In this document: in pieces, positions 1 to 10,334 of the stretch
Position numbering within the stretch: the stretch's first letter is position 1
Layout of the letters: every line of letters starts with the position of its first letter
Assembly: GCA_963727485.1 (NCBI GenBank)
Contig: CAVSGM010000003.1
Location: 608,001 to 672,000 of the forward strand
Reading direction: 5' to 3'
DNA length: 64,000 bases
Origin: an uncultured delta proteobacterium
GTDB taxonomy: Bacteria > Myxococcota > Myxococcia > SLRQ01
Made by a program: the position numbers and the translations under genes
The notes under the pieces: generated by a model
The model's input: only the letters and a program-made list of their open reading frames with translations
Told to the model about the DNA's origin: nothing
The model's database searches: none

Positions 1-48
1 GAGCAGGGGGATGGTCCAGGCGGCGACGGCGTTGACCACCTCACGCAT
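1..48 (-). CDS. spmB: Spore maturation protein B-like (nucleoside-recognition/Gate domain) membrane protein, 5' fragment running off the window
   Basis: ATG at 48-46 overlaps the spmA stop. Reads MREVVNAVAAWTIPLL..., like SpmB N-termini. spmA-spmB synteny. Confidence 0.6.
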   Translation of the reverse strand, partial: MREVVNAVAAWTIPLL

Positions 49-646
49 CGCGGCGGGCCTCGGGGATGCGGTAGCGCCGCCACCGGGAGAGGACCTTGGC
101 CAGGACGATGGCCACGGTGGTGCTCACGGTGGTGGCGAGCAGGGTGGGCAGCACGATGTCCGCGGGCTGGGTGGCGCCGGCGGCGGCGCGCAGGGCGATG
201 ACCGTCGCCGGGACCAGCTGCACCGAGGAGGTGTTGATGGCGAGGAAGAGGGCCATGGCGTCGGTGGCGACCTCCTGCTCGGGGTTGAGGGTCTGGAGGT
301 CCTGCATCGCCTTGAGGCCCAGCGGGGTGGCGGCGTTGCCCAGGCCCAGCATGTTGGCGGCGATGTTCATCACCATCGAGGCCATGGCCGGGTGGTCGGC
401 GGGGACGTCGGGGAAGAGCCGGGTCATCACCGGGCGCACCACCCGGCCCAGGGTCTTCACCAGCCCGGCCTCCTCGGCGACCCGCATGATCCCCAGCCAC
501 AGGGCCATGACCCCCACCAGGCCGATGGAGAGGGTGACCGCGGCCCCGGCGGAGGTCATCGCCGAGGTGCCCACCTGGTCCATGTGGCCGGTGAAGGCGG
601 CGAAGACCACGGCGACGACCACCAGCGCGACGAAGACGACGTTCAT
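41..646 (-). CDS. spmA: Spore maturation protein A-like (nucleoside-recognition/Gate domain) membrane protein
   Basis: Motifs MALWLGIMRVAE, ANMLGLGNAATPLGLKAM and LAINTSSVQLVPATVIALR typical of SpmA. Start placed at ATG 646 (the track starts at TTG 655). Confidence 0.88.
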   Translation of the reverse strand: MNVVFVALVVVAVVFAAFTGHMDQVGTSAMTSAGAAVTLSIGLVGVMALWLGIMRVAEEAGLVKTLGRVVRPVMTRLFPDVPADHPAMASMVMNIAANMLGLGNAATPLGLKAMQDLQTLNPEQEVATDAMALFLAINTSSVQLVPATVIALRAAAGATQPADIVLPTLLATTVSTTVAIVLAKVLSRWRRYRIPEARRDA

Positions 647-770
647 GGGCGTCAAAGGCTAGCCCCGGATCCCGGGGCCCGGAAGTTTCCGGCCGGTTGG
701 GGGTTCACGGCCCCGTGGCCATGGGCGGGCGGCGCCGGGCAGGCTAGGATGCGCCGCCGAGGAGGGGACG

Positions 771-1571
771 ATGAGGGTCTACGTCAGCGCCGACATCGAG
801 GGGATCGTCGGGTCGGCCGCCTGGTCCCAGGCGACGGTCGGCACCCCCGAGTACCCCGAGCTCGCCGCCCGGATGACCCGGATGGTCGCCGCGGTCTGCG
901 AGGGGGCGCTCGCCGCCGGGGCCACCGAGGTCCGGGTCCGGGACGCCCACGCCACCGGCCGGAACCTGGTGCCCGAACACCTCCCCGCCGGCGTCGGCCT
1001 CACCCGGGGCTGGAGCGGCCACCCCCTGTCGATGGTCGAGGGCGTGGAGGAGGGCTTCGACGCGGCGATGTTCGTCGGCTACCACGCCCGGGCCGGGTCC
1101 GGGGGCAACCCGCTGGCCCACACCCACTCCTGGTCCCAGGTGATGGAGCTGCGCCTCGACGGCCGGCCGGTCTCCGAGATGGACCTCTACGCCCGGGCTG
1201 CCGCCCTCTTCGAGGTCCCGGTGGTGCTGGTCAGCGGCGACGAGGCGGTGTGCGCCGAGGCCAAGGCGCTCATCCCCGAGGTGACGACCGTCCCGGTGCT
1301 CCGGGGGGTGGGGGCGGCGTCGGTGAGCGTCCACCCGGCGGACGCCGCCGCGGCCCTGCGCGAAGGGGCCCGGGCCGCGCTCACCGCCGGCCCCGACCGC
1401 TGCCGCTTCCCCATTCCGGGTCACACGCGGCTGGAAGTGCGATACAAGGACCCCGCCCGGGCCTTCCAGGCCGGGTTCTACCCCGGAGCGCGCCTGGTGG
1501 ACGACACCACGGTGGCCTTCGAGGCCGACGACTACTTCGAGATCCTCCGCGCCCGGGCCTTCCTGGTGTAG
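771..1571 (+). CDS. dppA: D-aminopeptidase, peptidase M55 family
   Basis: N-terminal VYVSADIEG, then DAH, FVGYHARAG, LAHT and VSGD motifs of the M55 family. GGAGG RBS upstream. Confidence 0.9.
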   Translation: MRVYVSADIEGIVGSAAWSQATVGTPEYPELAARMTRMVAAVCEGALAAGATEVRVRDAHATGRNLVPEHLPAGVGLTRGWSGHPLSMVEGVEEGFDAAMFVGYHARAGSGGNPLAHTHSWSQVMELRLDGRPVSEMDLYARAAALFEVPVVLVSGDEAVCAEAKALIPEVTTVPVLRGVGAASVSVHPADAAAALREGARAALTAGPDRCRFPIPGHTRLEVRYKDPARAFQAGFYPGARLVDDTTVAFEADDYFEILRARAFLV

Positions 1572-1665
1572 GGCGGGACACCGCCAACGATCCCGCGCGG
1601 TTTGACCAGCCGGGGGTGGCGGGCTACAAAACGCGCCGACTCGGATTCCCATCTCCGGAGGGGAC

Positions 1666-3648
1666 ATGCTCCACGTGCACAGCGCCAAGCGCCCGGCTTC
1701 CCGGGCCCTGCTCCTCGCCCTCGCGGCCCTCCTCGTGCCCGGTGCGGCGTTCGCCGCCGGGCCGAAGGCCGCCGGTGCCACCGTGGCCCAGGCCACGCCG
1801 ACGAAGGACGCGGCCGCGAAGCCGACACCCGCGGCTCCGGCCAGGTCCACCGCCCCGGCCAAGGACGAGCCGGCGGCCCAGGACGCGGCGGCCCAGGAGA
1901 AGCCCGCCCCCGCCGCCGGGACCCCGAGCCTCTCCGAGGTGGAGAAGAACCTCTCCCCCGGCCTCCGGGCGGCCCTCCACGCCGCGGTGAGCCAGGCGGT
2001 GGACACCCAGGTGAAGGCGGCCCTCGAGAAGCAGAAGGCCGAGATGCAGGCCCAGGTGCGGGCGGCGGTGGCCGCGTCCATGGCCGCCGAGGCCTGGCAG
2101 CCCGAGAAGTGGCAGGTGGAGCCCAAGAAGAAGCTCGACTTCTTCGAGATGCACGGCTACTTCCGCGGCCGCGGCGACGCCTTCGTCAACTTCGACCTCA
2201 ACGAGGGCACCGATCCCCACGGTCAGCCCCTCTTCCCCCGGCCGGCGTGGAGCCACGCCAACGCCGACACCCTGGCCACCGGGAACCAGCGCCTCCGCCT
2301 CGATCCCACCCTCAACGTCTCCGAGGACATCCAGGTCAAGGCCACCGTCGACGTCCTCGACAACCTGGTCTGGGGCTCGACGCCGGACACCTTCCCGGCG
2401 AACCCCAACACCCAGACCGAGCCGCTGCTGGCCTTCACCAACTCCGCGGTACCCCCCGAGGCGGGGGTCAACGCGGCGATCAACTCCATCAGCGTCAAGC
2501 GGGTGTGGGCCCGGATCCGCACCCCGGTGGGCGTGCTCCGCTTCGGCCGGATGCCCAGCAACTGGGGCCTCGGCGTGCTCACCAACGACGGCAACTGCCT
2601 CGACTGCGACTATGGCGACACCGTCGACCGGGTGATGTTCGTCACCAAGATCGGCGACTACTACGTGGCGCCGATGCTCGACACCCCGGCCACCGGGCCG
2701 ATCCTCCAGCGCCAGGACACCTACCAGGGCCAGCCCTTCGACCTCGCCCAGCGCGACGACGTGCAGCAGTACGTCCTGGCGGTGAAGAAGTACGACGCCC
2801 CCGAGGACATCAACAAGATGGTCCTCGACGGCAAGGTGGTCGTGGACTACGGCCTCTACAACGTCCTGCGGGTGCAGAACATCGCCCCCAAGAACGCCCA
2901 GATCTACAACAACGGTGAGCTCAACCGGTCCGACTTCGTGCTGCGCAACATGTGGGCCTACATCCCCGACGCCTGGGTCCGGGTGAACGCCGGGAAGCTG
3001 CGGATCGAGGCCGAGGCGGTGGGCGTGTTCGGGCACATCGGCAACGCCGCCAACACCAACCTCACCGACGCCGCCGTGAGCGTCACCCAGTTCGGCGCCG
3101 TGGCCCAGGCCGAGTACAAGGCGGTCCACGACCGGCTGCACCTCCAGCTCGAGCTCGGCTTCGCCTCCGGCGACAGCGCCCCGGGCATGGGGATCCGCGG
3201 GGCCGGCCTCCCGGTCTCCGCCGGCACCATCGACGGCCCCCAGTACAACGTCGATCCCACCCGCGGGCCCATCGACCACACCTGGAACAACTTCAAGTTC
3301 AACCGGGACTACCACGTCGACCTGATCCTCTGGCGGGAGATCCTGGGCCAGCTCACCGACGCGATGTACATCAAGCCCCAGCTCTCCTACGACCTCACGG
3401 ACACCGGGAGCTTCAGCTTCCTGGTCTCGGCCATCTACAGCCGCACCGTCTTTGCCTCGAGCACCCCGGGCAACGCCAACGACCTGGGCATCGAGGTCGA
3501 CGGCACCCTGCGCTACAAGGCCTCCGACGGCTTCTACGCCCAGGCGCAGTACGGCATCCTCTTCCCCCTGGCGGGGCTCACGGTGACCACCGGTCAGAGC
3601 CCGGCCATCGCCCAGACCGTCCAGGGGATGCTGGCGGTGGAGTTCTAG
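1666..3648 (+). CDS. Outer-membrane beta-barrel protein, TIGR04551-like (myxobacterial)
   Basis: Signal peptide and Ala/Pro-rich linker, then GYFRxR, DVLDNLVWGSTPD, GRMPSNWGLG and NDGNCLDCDYGDTVDRVMF motifs. C-terminal Phe. Confidence 0.75.
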   Translation: MLHVHSAKRPASRALLLALAALLVPGAAFAAGPKAAGATVAQATPTKDAAAKPTPAAPARSTAPAKDEPAAQDAAAQEKPAPAAGTPSLSEVEKNLSPGLRAALHAAVSQAVDTQVKAALEKQKAEMQAQVRAAVAASMAAEAWQPEKWQVEPKKKLDFFEMHGYFRGRGDAFVNFDLNEGTDPHGQPLFPRPAWSHANADTLATGNQRLRLDPTLNVSEDIQVKATVDVLDNLVWGSTPDTFPANPNTQTEPLLAFTNSAVPPEAGVNAAINSISVKRVWARIRTPVGVLRFGRMPSNWGLGVLTNDGNCLDCDYGDTVDRVMFVTKIGDYYVAPMLDTPATGPILQRQDTYQGQPFDLAQRDDVQQYVLAVKKYDAPEDINKMVLDGKVVVDYGLYNVLRVQNIAPKNAQIYNNGELNRSDFVLRNMWAYIPDAWVRVNAGKLRIEAEAVGVFGHIGNAANTNLTDAAVSVTQFGAVAQAEYKAVHDRLHLQLELGFASGDSAPGMGIRGAGLPVSAGTIDGPQYNVDPTRGPIDHTWNNFKFNRDYHVDLILWREILGQLTDAMYIKPQLSYDLTDTGSFSFLVSAIYSRTVFASSTPGNANDLGIEVDGTLRYKASDGFYAQAQYGILFPLAGLTVTTGQSPAIAQTVQGMLAVEF

Positions 3649-3653
3649 ACGCC

Positions 3654-5054
3654 TTGCCTCGGAAGAGACAGCCGGACCTCCTGCGGGGGCGCTTCGGTGC
3701 CGCCCTCGACGCGGTGGTGGCGCGGCTGAACGCCTCCATCGCCTTCGATCGGCGCCTGGCCCCCGAGGACGCCGAGGGCTCCATCGCCCACGCGCGGATG
3801 CTCGCCGCCCGGGGCGTGATCCCCAAGCAGGATGCGAAGGCCATCGCCCGGGCCCTGCCGGGGGTCCTCGCCGACCTCCTCGCCGGGCGGATCCACGAGG
3901 ACCCGGCCCTCGAGGACGTGCACATGCACCTGGAGTCGGCCCTCACCGCCCGGATCGGCGACGCGGGCCGGCGCCTCCACACCGGTCGCTCCCGCAACGA
4001 CCAGGTGGCCCTCGACCTGCGCCTCTACCTGGTGCGCCGGGGGATCCCCGAGGTCGACCAGGCGATCCGGGCGCTGATGGCCGCCCTGGTGGCCAGGGCC
4101 GCCGACCACGCGGACACGGTGATGCCCGGCTACACCCACCTCCAGCGGGCCCAGCCGGTCACCCTGGGGCACCACCTGCTGGCCTACGTGGAGATGCTCC
4201 ACCGGGACCGGGGGCGGCTGGCCGACGCCAAGGGCCGGACCGACGTCTCGCCCCTGGGGAGCGGGGCGCTGGCGGCGACGCCGTTTCCCGTGGACCGGCA
4301 GGCGGTGGCGCGCGACCTGGGGCTGGCGGGGGTCACCCGCAACTCCATGGACGCGGTGGCCAGCCGGGACTTCGCCCTGGAGACCCTGGCGGCCATCGCC
4401 ATCGCCATGACCCACCTCTCGCGGCTCAGCGAGGAGCTGGTGATGTGGAGCTCGGCGGAGTTCGGGTTCGTGGAGCTCGACGACGCCTTCTGCACCGGCT
4501 CCAGCATCATGCCCCAGAAGAAGAACCCCGACGTCGCCGAGCTCTGCCGGGGCAAGGCCGGGCGCACCTACGGCAACCTCATGGCGCTGCTGGCCACCCT
4601 GAAGGGCCTGCCGCTGGCCTACGACAAGGACCTCCAGGAGGACAAGGAGCCGCTCTTCGACTCCATCGACACCGCTCGCGACTGCTTCACCGCCACCGCC
4701 GGGCTCGTCCGCACCGCCCGCTTCGACACCGAGCGGATGCACGCGGCGCTCCGGGGGGCCTACCTCTCGGCCACCGACGTCGCCGACTTCCTGGTGGAGC
4801 AGGGGGTGCCCTTCCGGGACGCCCACCGGGTGGTCGGGGGGATGGTCGCCGAGTGCAGCCGCCGGGGGATCGAGCTCGACGCGCTCACCGACGCCGAGCT
4901 GAAGGGCTTCCACGGGAAGCTCGGGCCGGCGGTGCGGGCGGTCCTCGACCCGGTGAAGAGCATCCGCCGCCGGTCGGTCGTCGGGGGCCCGGCGCCGAGG
5001 CGGGTGCGCGCCGAGGTCAGGCGCTGGCAGCGGCGCCTGGAGGCCGAGGGGTGA
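3654..5054 (+). CDS. argH: Argininosuccinate lyase
   Basis: HTGRSRNDQV, MPGYTHLQRAQPV and GSSIMPQKKNPD signatures. Start inferred at TTG 3654 inside track ORF 2952..5054. Confidence 0.95.
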   Translation: MPRKRQPDLLRGRFGAALDAVVARLNASIAFDRRLAPEDAEGSIAHARMLAARGVIPKQDAKAIARALPGVLADLLAGRIHEDPALEDVHMHLESALTARIGDAGRRLHTGRSRNDQVALDLRLYLVRRGIPEVDQAIRALMAALVARAADHADTVMPGYTHLQRAQPVTLGHHLLAYVEMLHRDRGRLADAKGRTDVSPLGSGALAATPFPVDRQAVARDLGLAGVTRNSMDAVASRDFALETLAAIAIAMTHLSRLSEELVMWSSAEFGFVELDDAFCTGSSIMPQKKNPDVAELCRGKAGRTYGNLMALLATLKGLPLAYDKDLQEDKEPLFDSIDTARDCFTATAGLVRTARFDTERMHAALRGAYLSATDVADFLVEQGVPFRDAHRVVGGMVAECSRRGIELDALTDAELKGFHGKLGPAVRAVLDPVKSIRRRSVVGGPAPRRVRAEVRRWQRRLEAEG

Positions 5055-5209
5055 GGCGCCGGGTCGCCCTCACCGCCCTCGCGGCGGTGCTCTGTCTTGC
5101 GGGGTGCGGGGTCAAGGCGCCGCCCCGGCCGCCGGTGACCCAGCCCGGCCCGCAGCCGGCGCCCAAGGGCGTCAAGAAGGCCGCCAAGGCCGACTGCCCC
5201 CCGAACTGA
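5051..5209 (+). CDS. lptM: Small lipoprotein, LptM/YifL/LppL-like
   Basis: VRRRVALTALAAVLCLAGCGVKAPPRPP: lipobox LAGC followed by CGxKxP. Sits directly upstream of lysA, as lppL does in Pseudomonas. GTG overlaps the argH stop. Confidence 0.7.
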   Translation: MRRRVALTALAAVLCLAGCGVKAPPRPPVTQPGPQPAPKGVKKAAKADCPPN

Positions 5210-6475
5210 ATGCACCACTTCGACTACACGGAGGGACGCCTCCACGCCGAGGGCGTCCCCCTCGCGCGCCTCGCCCAGGAGGTGGGCACGCCGGCCTACG
5301 TCTACAGCCGCGCCACCCTCACCCGGCACTTCCGGGTCGTCGACGCCGCGCTTTCGGGCCACCCGCACCTGGTGTGCTTCGCGGTGAAGGCCAACTCCAA
5401 CCTCGCGGTCCTGGGGCTCCTCGCCGAGCTCGGCGCCGGCTTCGACATCGTCTCCGGAGGCGAGCTCGCCCGGGTGCTCAAGGCCGGGGGCGATCCGGCC
5501 AAGGTCACCTTCTCCGGGGTGGGCAAGACCGAGGACGAGCTGACCCTCGCCCTCGAGGCGGGGGTCCGCAGCTTCAACGTGGAGAGCGAGGGCGAGCTCG
5601 AGGCCCTCGACCGGGTCGCCGGGCGCCTGGGGAAGCGGGCGCCGGTGAGCCTCCGGGTGAACCCCGACGTCGACCCCAAGACCCACCCCTACATCGCCAC
5701 CGGCCTCGAGGCGCACAAGTTCGGGATCCCCAGGGACCGGGCCCGGGCGCTCTACGGGAAGGCGGCGGCCCTGGGGCACCTGGAGGTCTGCGGCGTCGAC
5801 TGCCACATCGGCTCCCAGCTCACCGACCTTTCGCCCTTCGTCGACGCCGCCGAGCGGATGCTCGAGCTGGTGCGGGACCTGCGCGCCGACGGACACCCCA
5901 TCCGCCACCTGGACATGGGCGGGGGCCTGGGCATCCCCTACGACGGCGAGACCCCGCCGCTCCCCGACGCCTGGGGGGCGGCCCTCAAGGACGCCGTCGC
6001 CCCGGTCCCCGACCTCGAGCTGGTGGTCGAGCCCGGCCGGGTCATCGCCGGGAACGCGGGGATCCTGCTCACCCGGGTGCTCTATCTCAAGGAGACCGGG
6101 CGCAAGACCTTCGTCATCGTCGACGCCGGGATGAACGACCTCGCCCGGCCGTCCCTCTACCAGGCGCACCACGCCATCTGGCCCGTGGACGCGCCGGCCC
6201 ACGACGCCCCCGAGGTGGTCTGCGACGTGGTCGGCCCGGTCTGCGAGAGCGGGGACTTCTTCGCCCGGGACCGGGCGCTGCCCAAGGTGCGAGCCGGCGA
6301 CCTGGTGGCGGTGATGTCGGCCGGGGCCTACGGCTTCACGATGGCCAGCAACTACAACTCGCGTCCGCGGCCCCCAGAGGTGCTGGTCGACGGTGGTGAC
6401 TACCTTGTGGTCCGCCGCCGGGAATCGATCGCCGATCTCATGCGTGGCGAGCGGACCCTCACCGGCGGCGGCTGA
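5210..6475 (+). CDS. lysA: Diaminopimelate decarboxylase
   Basis: FAVKANSN (PLP Lys), [17 protein letters not shown] and SNYNSRPR motifs. Confidence 0.97.
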   Translation: MHHFDYTEGRLHAEGVPLARLAQEVGTPAYVYSRATLTRHFRVVDAALSGHPHLVCFAVKANSNLAVLGLLAELGAGFDIVSGGELARVLKAGGDPAKVTFSGVGKTEDELTLALEAGVRSFNVESEGELEALDRVAGRLGKRAPVSLRVNPDVDPKTHPYIATGLEAHKFGIPRDRARALYGKAAALGHLEVCGVDCHIGSQLTDLSPFVDAAERMLELVRDLRADGHPIRHLDMGGGLGIPYDGETPPLPDAWGAALKDAVAPVPDLELVVEPGRVIAGNAGILLTRVLYLKETGRKTFVIVDAGMNDLARPSLYQAHHAIWPVDAPAHDAPEVVCDVVGPVCESGDFFARDRALPKVRAGDLVAVMSAGAYGFTMASNYNSRPRPPEVLVDGGDYLVVRRRESIADLMRGERTLTGGG

Positions 6476-6511
6476 CGCCCGCGCCGGCCCCCACGACCCC
6501 AAGGAGGACCC

Positions 6512-7393
6512 ATGGCCCGTTTCACCGGAGCGTTCCCCGCCATCGTCACCCCCATGAAGAATGGCGAGATCGACGTCCCCGCCCTCAAGGACCTCGCCGC
6601 CTGGCAGGTGGCCGAGGGGATGACCGGCATCGTGCCCTGCGGCACCACCGGCGAGGGCGCCACCCTCACCCCCGACGAGACCCTCACCGTGGTCCGGGCG
6701 GTGAAGGACGCCGTCGGCGACGGGGTGCCCCTCATCGTCGGCACCGGGAGCAACGACACCGCCCGCACCATCGAGCTGACGAAGAAGGTCGCCGAGCTCG
6801 GCGTCGACGCGGCGCTGGTGGTCACGCCCTACTACAACAAGCCCAGCGCCGAGGGCCTCTTCCTCCACTACCAGGCGGTGGCGAAGGAGGGCGGGCTGCC
6901 GGTGGTGATGTACAACGTCCCCGGCCGCACCGGCACCGACATGAGCCTCGAGAGCATCGTCCGCTGCGCCGGGATCGACGGGGTGGTGGGCATCAAGGAC
7001 GCCTCCAAGACCATGGAGAAGGACCTGGAGATCCGGATGCAGGTCCCGGACGACTTCTCGCTGCTCTCCGGCGACGACTTCACCATCCTGCCCTTCGTCG
7101 CCTGCGGCGGGGACGGGGTGGTCACGGTGGTGGGCAACGTCGCGCCCAAGGACACCGCTTCGGTGGTCAGCGCCTTCGCCCAGGGCGACGTCGCCGAGGC
7201 CCGGCGCCTCCAGGCAAAGCTGTTGCCCCTGACCCGGGCGCTCTTCGCCGAGTCCAACCCCATCCCGGTGAAGGCGGCCCTGGCGATGATGGGGCGCATC
7301 ACCGAGGAGTACCGCATGCCCCTGTGCCCGCCCTCGGACGCGGCCCGGGCGGGGCTGAAGCAGGCGATGCAGGCCTACGGGGGGCTGCTCTGA
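6512..7393 (+). CDS. dapA: 4-hydroxy-tetrahydrodipicolinate synthase
   Basis: CGTTGEGATL, VTPYYNKP, YNVPGRT, GIKDAS and ESNPIPVK motifs. Confidence 0.97.
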   Translation: MARFTGAFPAIVTPMKNGEIDVPALKDLAAWQVAEGMTGIVPCGTTGEGATLTPDETLTVVRAVKDAVGDGVPLIVGTGSNDTARTIELTKKVAELGVDAALVVTPYYNKPSAEGLFLHYQAVAKEGGLPVVMYNVPGRTGTDMSLESIVRCAGIDGVVGIKDASKTMEKDLEIRMQVPDDFSLLSGDDFTILPFVACGGDGVVTVVGNVAPKDTASVVSAFAQGDVAEARRLQAKLLPLTRALFAESNPIPVKAALAMMGRITEEYRMPLCPPSDAARAGLKQAMQAYGGLL

Positions 7394-8217
7394 TGGCGAA
7401 GACCCGGGTGGTGGTCACCGGCGCCTCCGGGCGCATGGGCGCGCGGATCATCCACATGGTCCGCGAGGATCCGGGCACCGAGCTGGTGGGCTCCACCGAG
7501 CGGCCGGGGACGGCGGCGGTGGGCCTCGACGCCGGGCTGGCGGCGGGCCTCGGGGCCCTGGAGGTCCCGGTGAGCGAGGGCCTGGAGAAGTCCTTCGAGA
7601 CCGCCGGCGCGGCCCCGGAGGTGGTCATCGACTTCACCCACGCCGACGCCTCCGCCGAGCACGCGCGGATCTGCGCCGAGCACGGGGTGGCGCTGGTGGT
7701 CGGGAGCACCGGCTTCGACGACGAGACCCGCGCCAAGGTCGAGGCCGCGGCGACGAAGATCCCGGTGGTGATGGCGCCGAACATGAGCGTGAGCGTGAAC
7801 CTCATGTTCCTCCTGGCCCGGCAGGCCGCGGCGATCCTCGGTGAGGGCTACGACGCCGAGATCTTCGAGATCCACCACCGGATGAAGAAGGACGCCCCCT
7901 CGGGGACGGCGCTGCGCCTCGGGGAGGTGGTCGCCGAGGCCACCGGCAAGGACCTCCGGGAGGTCGGGGTCTACAACCGCCACGGGATGACCGGGCCCCG
8001 CACCGACGCCGAGATTGGCATCCAGTCGGCGCGGGGGGGCGACGTGGTCGGGGAGCACACGGTGTTCTTCTTCGGCGACGGAGACCGGGTGGAGCTGACC
8101 CACCGGGCCACCAGCCGGGCGACCTTCGCCCGGGGGGCGGTGCGGGCGGCGCGGTGGGTGGTGGGCCGCGCGCCGGGGCTCTACGGGATGGCCGAGGTGC
8201 TCGGCTTCGAGGGATGA
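7393..8217 (+). CDS. dapB: 4-hydroxy-tetrahydrodipicolinate reductase
   Basis: [26 protein letters not shown] and [11 protein letters not shown] motifs. ATG 7393 overlaps the dapA stop. Confidence 0.96.
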   Translation: MAKTRVVVTGASGRMGARIIHMVREDPGTELVGSTERPGTAAVGLDAGLAAGLGALEVPVSEGLEKSFETAGAAPEVVIDFTHADASAEHARICAEHGVALVVGSTGFDDETRAKVEAAATKIPVVMAPNMSVSVNLMFLLARQAAAILGEGYDAEIFEIHHRMKKDAPSGTALRLGEVVAEATGKDLREVGVYNRHGMTGPRTDAEIGIQSARGGDVVGEHTVFFFGDGDRVELTHRATSRATFARGAVRAARWVVGRAPGLYGMAEVLGFEG

Positions 8218-8218
8218 G

Positions 8219-8996
8219 GTGAGCGCGCGCTACCTGCGATATCTCGACGAGGGGGCGGCCCGCTTCGGCCGCCTCGAGGACGACGGCCGGGTCACCGCCC
8301 TCACCGCGGCCCCCTGGCTCGGGGGCGAAGCCGACGGCCGGCCCCAGGCGGTGGCCGCGTCGGCCTGGCTCGCCCCGGTGACCCCCACCAAGGTGGTCTG
8401 CGTGGGCCGGAACTACGGCGCCCACGCCCGGGAGCTGGGCAACGAGGTCCCCACCGAGCCCCTCATCTTCCTCAAGCCCCCCAGCGGCGTCGTCGGGCCC
8501 GGCGCGGCCATCGAGATCCCCGACGGGGTCGGCGAGGTCCACCACGAGGCGGAGCTCGGCGTGGTCGTGGGCCGGCGGCTCCGGGGCGCGGGTGAGCGAG
8601 GCCGAGGCCCTGGCGGCGGTCTTCGGGCTCACCTGCGTCGACGACGTCACCGCCCGGACCCTCCAGCGCGCCGAGAAGCACTTCACCCGGGCCAAGGGCT
8701 TCGACACCTTCTGCCCGGTGGGGCCGGTGGTGGTCGAAGGCGCCGATCCCGCCGCCGACCGGGCGGTGCGCTGTACCGTCGACGGGGCGGTGCGCCAGGA
8801 CGGCCGCACCGGCGACATGATCTTCGGGGTGGCGGCGCTGCTCGCCTTCATCGCCTCGGTGATGACCCTGGAGCCTGGCGACCTGGTGTCCACGGGCACG
8901 CCCGAGGGGGTGGGGCCCATCGAGGTGGGGCAGACGGTCACCGTCGAGGTCGAGGGGGTGGGGACCCTGGTGTCCCCGGTGGTCCGCCGAAGGTGA
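8219..8996 (+). CDS. Fumarylacetoacetate hydrolase family protein (apparent frameshift near 8585-8592)
   Basis: [19 protein letters not shown] and HHEAEL in one frame. [22 protein letters not shown] and [17 protein letters not shown] in the next frame. Confidence 0.88.
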
Positions 8997-9403
8997 CCAC
9001 CGCCTACCTGGCCCTGGGGACGAACCTCGGTCCGCGCCGGGCGATCCTCGCGCGGGCGCTGGCGCTCCTCGAGGCGGACCCCCGGGTGACCGTGGCCGCG
9101 GTCTCGCCCTTCGAGGAGACGGCGCCCCTGGGTCCCACGCAGCCGCCGTTTCTCAACGCGGTGGCGCGCCTTCAGACGACGCTCCCGCCGGAGGTGCTCC
9201 TGGCCCTGTGCCACCGGGTGGAGCGGATCCTGGGGCGGGTGCGCAGCCGCCGGCGCTGGGGGCCGCGCACCCTCGACCTCGACCTCCTCGCCTACGACGA
9301 TCGGGTGATCCGCCGGGCCGGGCTCACGGTGCCGCACCCGGGGGTGACCCGGCCCTTCGTCGCCGGGCCGCTGGCCGCCCTGCGCCCGGAGGCGCGGCCG
9401 TGA
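8993..9403 (+). CDS. folK: 2-amino-4-hydroxy-6-hydroxymethyldihydropteridine diphosphokinase
   Basis: [27 protein letters not shown] and LTVPHP motifs. GTG 8993 overlaps the previous stop. Confidence 0.93.
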   Translation: MTTAYLALGTNLGPRRAILARALALLEADPRVTVAAVSPFEETAPLGPTQPPFLNAVARLQTTLPPEVLLALCHRVERILGRVRSRRRWGPRTLDLDLLAYDDRVIRRAGLTVPHPGVTRPFVAGPLAALRPEARP

Positions 9404-10320
9404 GCCAGCCGCTGGGCCGCCCGCTCCTGCGCACCTGGGTCGGCGTGGTGCTCATCAGCTTCAGCGGGGTCTTCGTGCGCCTCGCCCACACCGAGCCCGC
9501 CCGGGCGGCGCTCCTGCGCTGCGCCTACGCGCTGCCCTTCCTGGTGCCGCTCGCCCTCTGGGCCAACCACCGCGCGGGCCGCGGGTGGCGGCGGGCGATC
9601 TTCCCCCTGGCGCTGGTCGCCGGCGGGCTCCTCGGCGCCGATCTGCTCGTCTGGCACCGGTCCATCGGCATCATCGGGGTGGGGCTGGCCACGGTGCTCC
9701 CGAACCTCCAGGTGGTCATCGTCGGGGTGCTGGGGATCCTCCTGTTCCGGGAGCGGCCGAAGGTGACCTTCTGGCTGGCCCTCCCGGTGGTCCTCGGGGG
9801 CGTGTGGCTGCTCGCGGTCTTCGGCCGCCCGATCCGCGCCGGCGGGGTGGTGGTCGTGGGCGTGCTCCTGGGGGTGCTCACCGCCGGCTTCTACTCCGGG
9901 TACCTGGTGCTGCTGCGCGTGGCGCGCCTCCGGCGTCCCGAGCTCGGGGCCTTCGAGACCATGGCCGCCGCCACCCTCGGGGGCGCGATCGTCGCCGGGA
10001 CCTTCGCCGGGCTCGAGGGGGTGGCGGGGCCGGCGCCGACCCTCCAGGCGAACCTCTGGCTGCTCGCCCTGGCGGTGGGCTCCCAGGTCATCGGCTGGGT
10101 GCTCCTCTCGTCGTCGATCCACCGGCTGCCGGCGGCGCTGACCAGCGTGGCGCTGCTCCTCCAGCCGGTGCTCGCCATGATCTGGGGCGCGGTGATCTTC
10201 GCCGAGCCCCTGGGCGCGCCCCAGGTCGGGGGCGCGGTCCTCATCCTCGCCGGGGTGGCCCTGGCGCACCGGGCGGTGGTCCAGGGGACCCGGGCCCCTT
10301 CGCCGCCGGCCACCTCGTGA
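9400..10320 (+). CDS. DMT/EamA family transporter
   Basis: About 10 hydrophobic segments in two EamA-like halves. [21 protein letters not shown] motif. Confidence 0.85.
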   Translation: MSQPLGRPLLRTWVGVVLISFSGVFVRLAHTEPARAALLRCAYALPFLVPLALWANHRAGRGWRRAIFPLALVAGGLLGADLLVWHRSIGIIGVGLATVLPNLQVVIVGVLGILLFRERPKVTFWLALPVVLGGVWLLAVFGRPIRAGGVVVVGVLLGVLTAGFYSGYLVLLRVARLRRPELGAFETMAAATLGGAIVAGTFAGLEGVAGPAPTLQANLWLLALAVGSQVIGWVLLSSSIHRLPAALTSVALLLQPVLAMIWGAVIFAEPLGAPQVGGAVLILAGVALAHRAVVQGTRAPSPPATS

Positions 10321-10334
10321 TATAGGGGGCCCCG

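Noticed and set aside
41..646. spmA/spmB as evidence of endospore formation
   Set aside because: SpmA/B-like Gate-domain proteins are widespread in non-sporulating bacteria, and no other sporulation genes are present.
2952..5054. 700-aa ORF suggesting an N-terminally extended ArgH
   Set aside because: The first ~234 codons are an off-frame read of the upstream barrel gene. ArgH similarity starts at ~3654.
8219..9403. Apparent FAH-hydrolase/FolK fusion (394 aa)
   Set aside because: Artefact of the frameshift near 8590. The FAH C-terminal half is in another frame ending at 8996, and folK has its own overlapping GTG at 8993.
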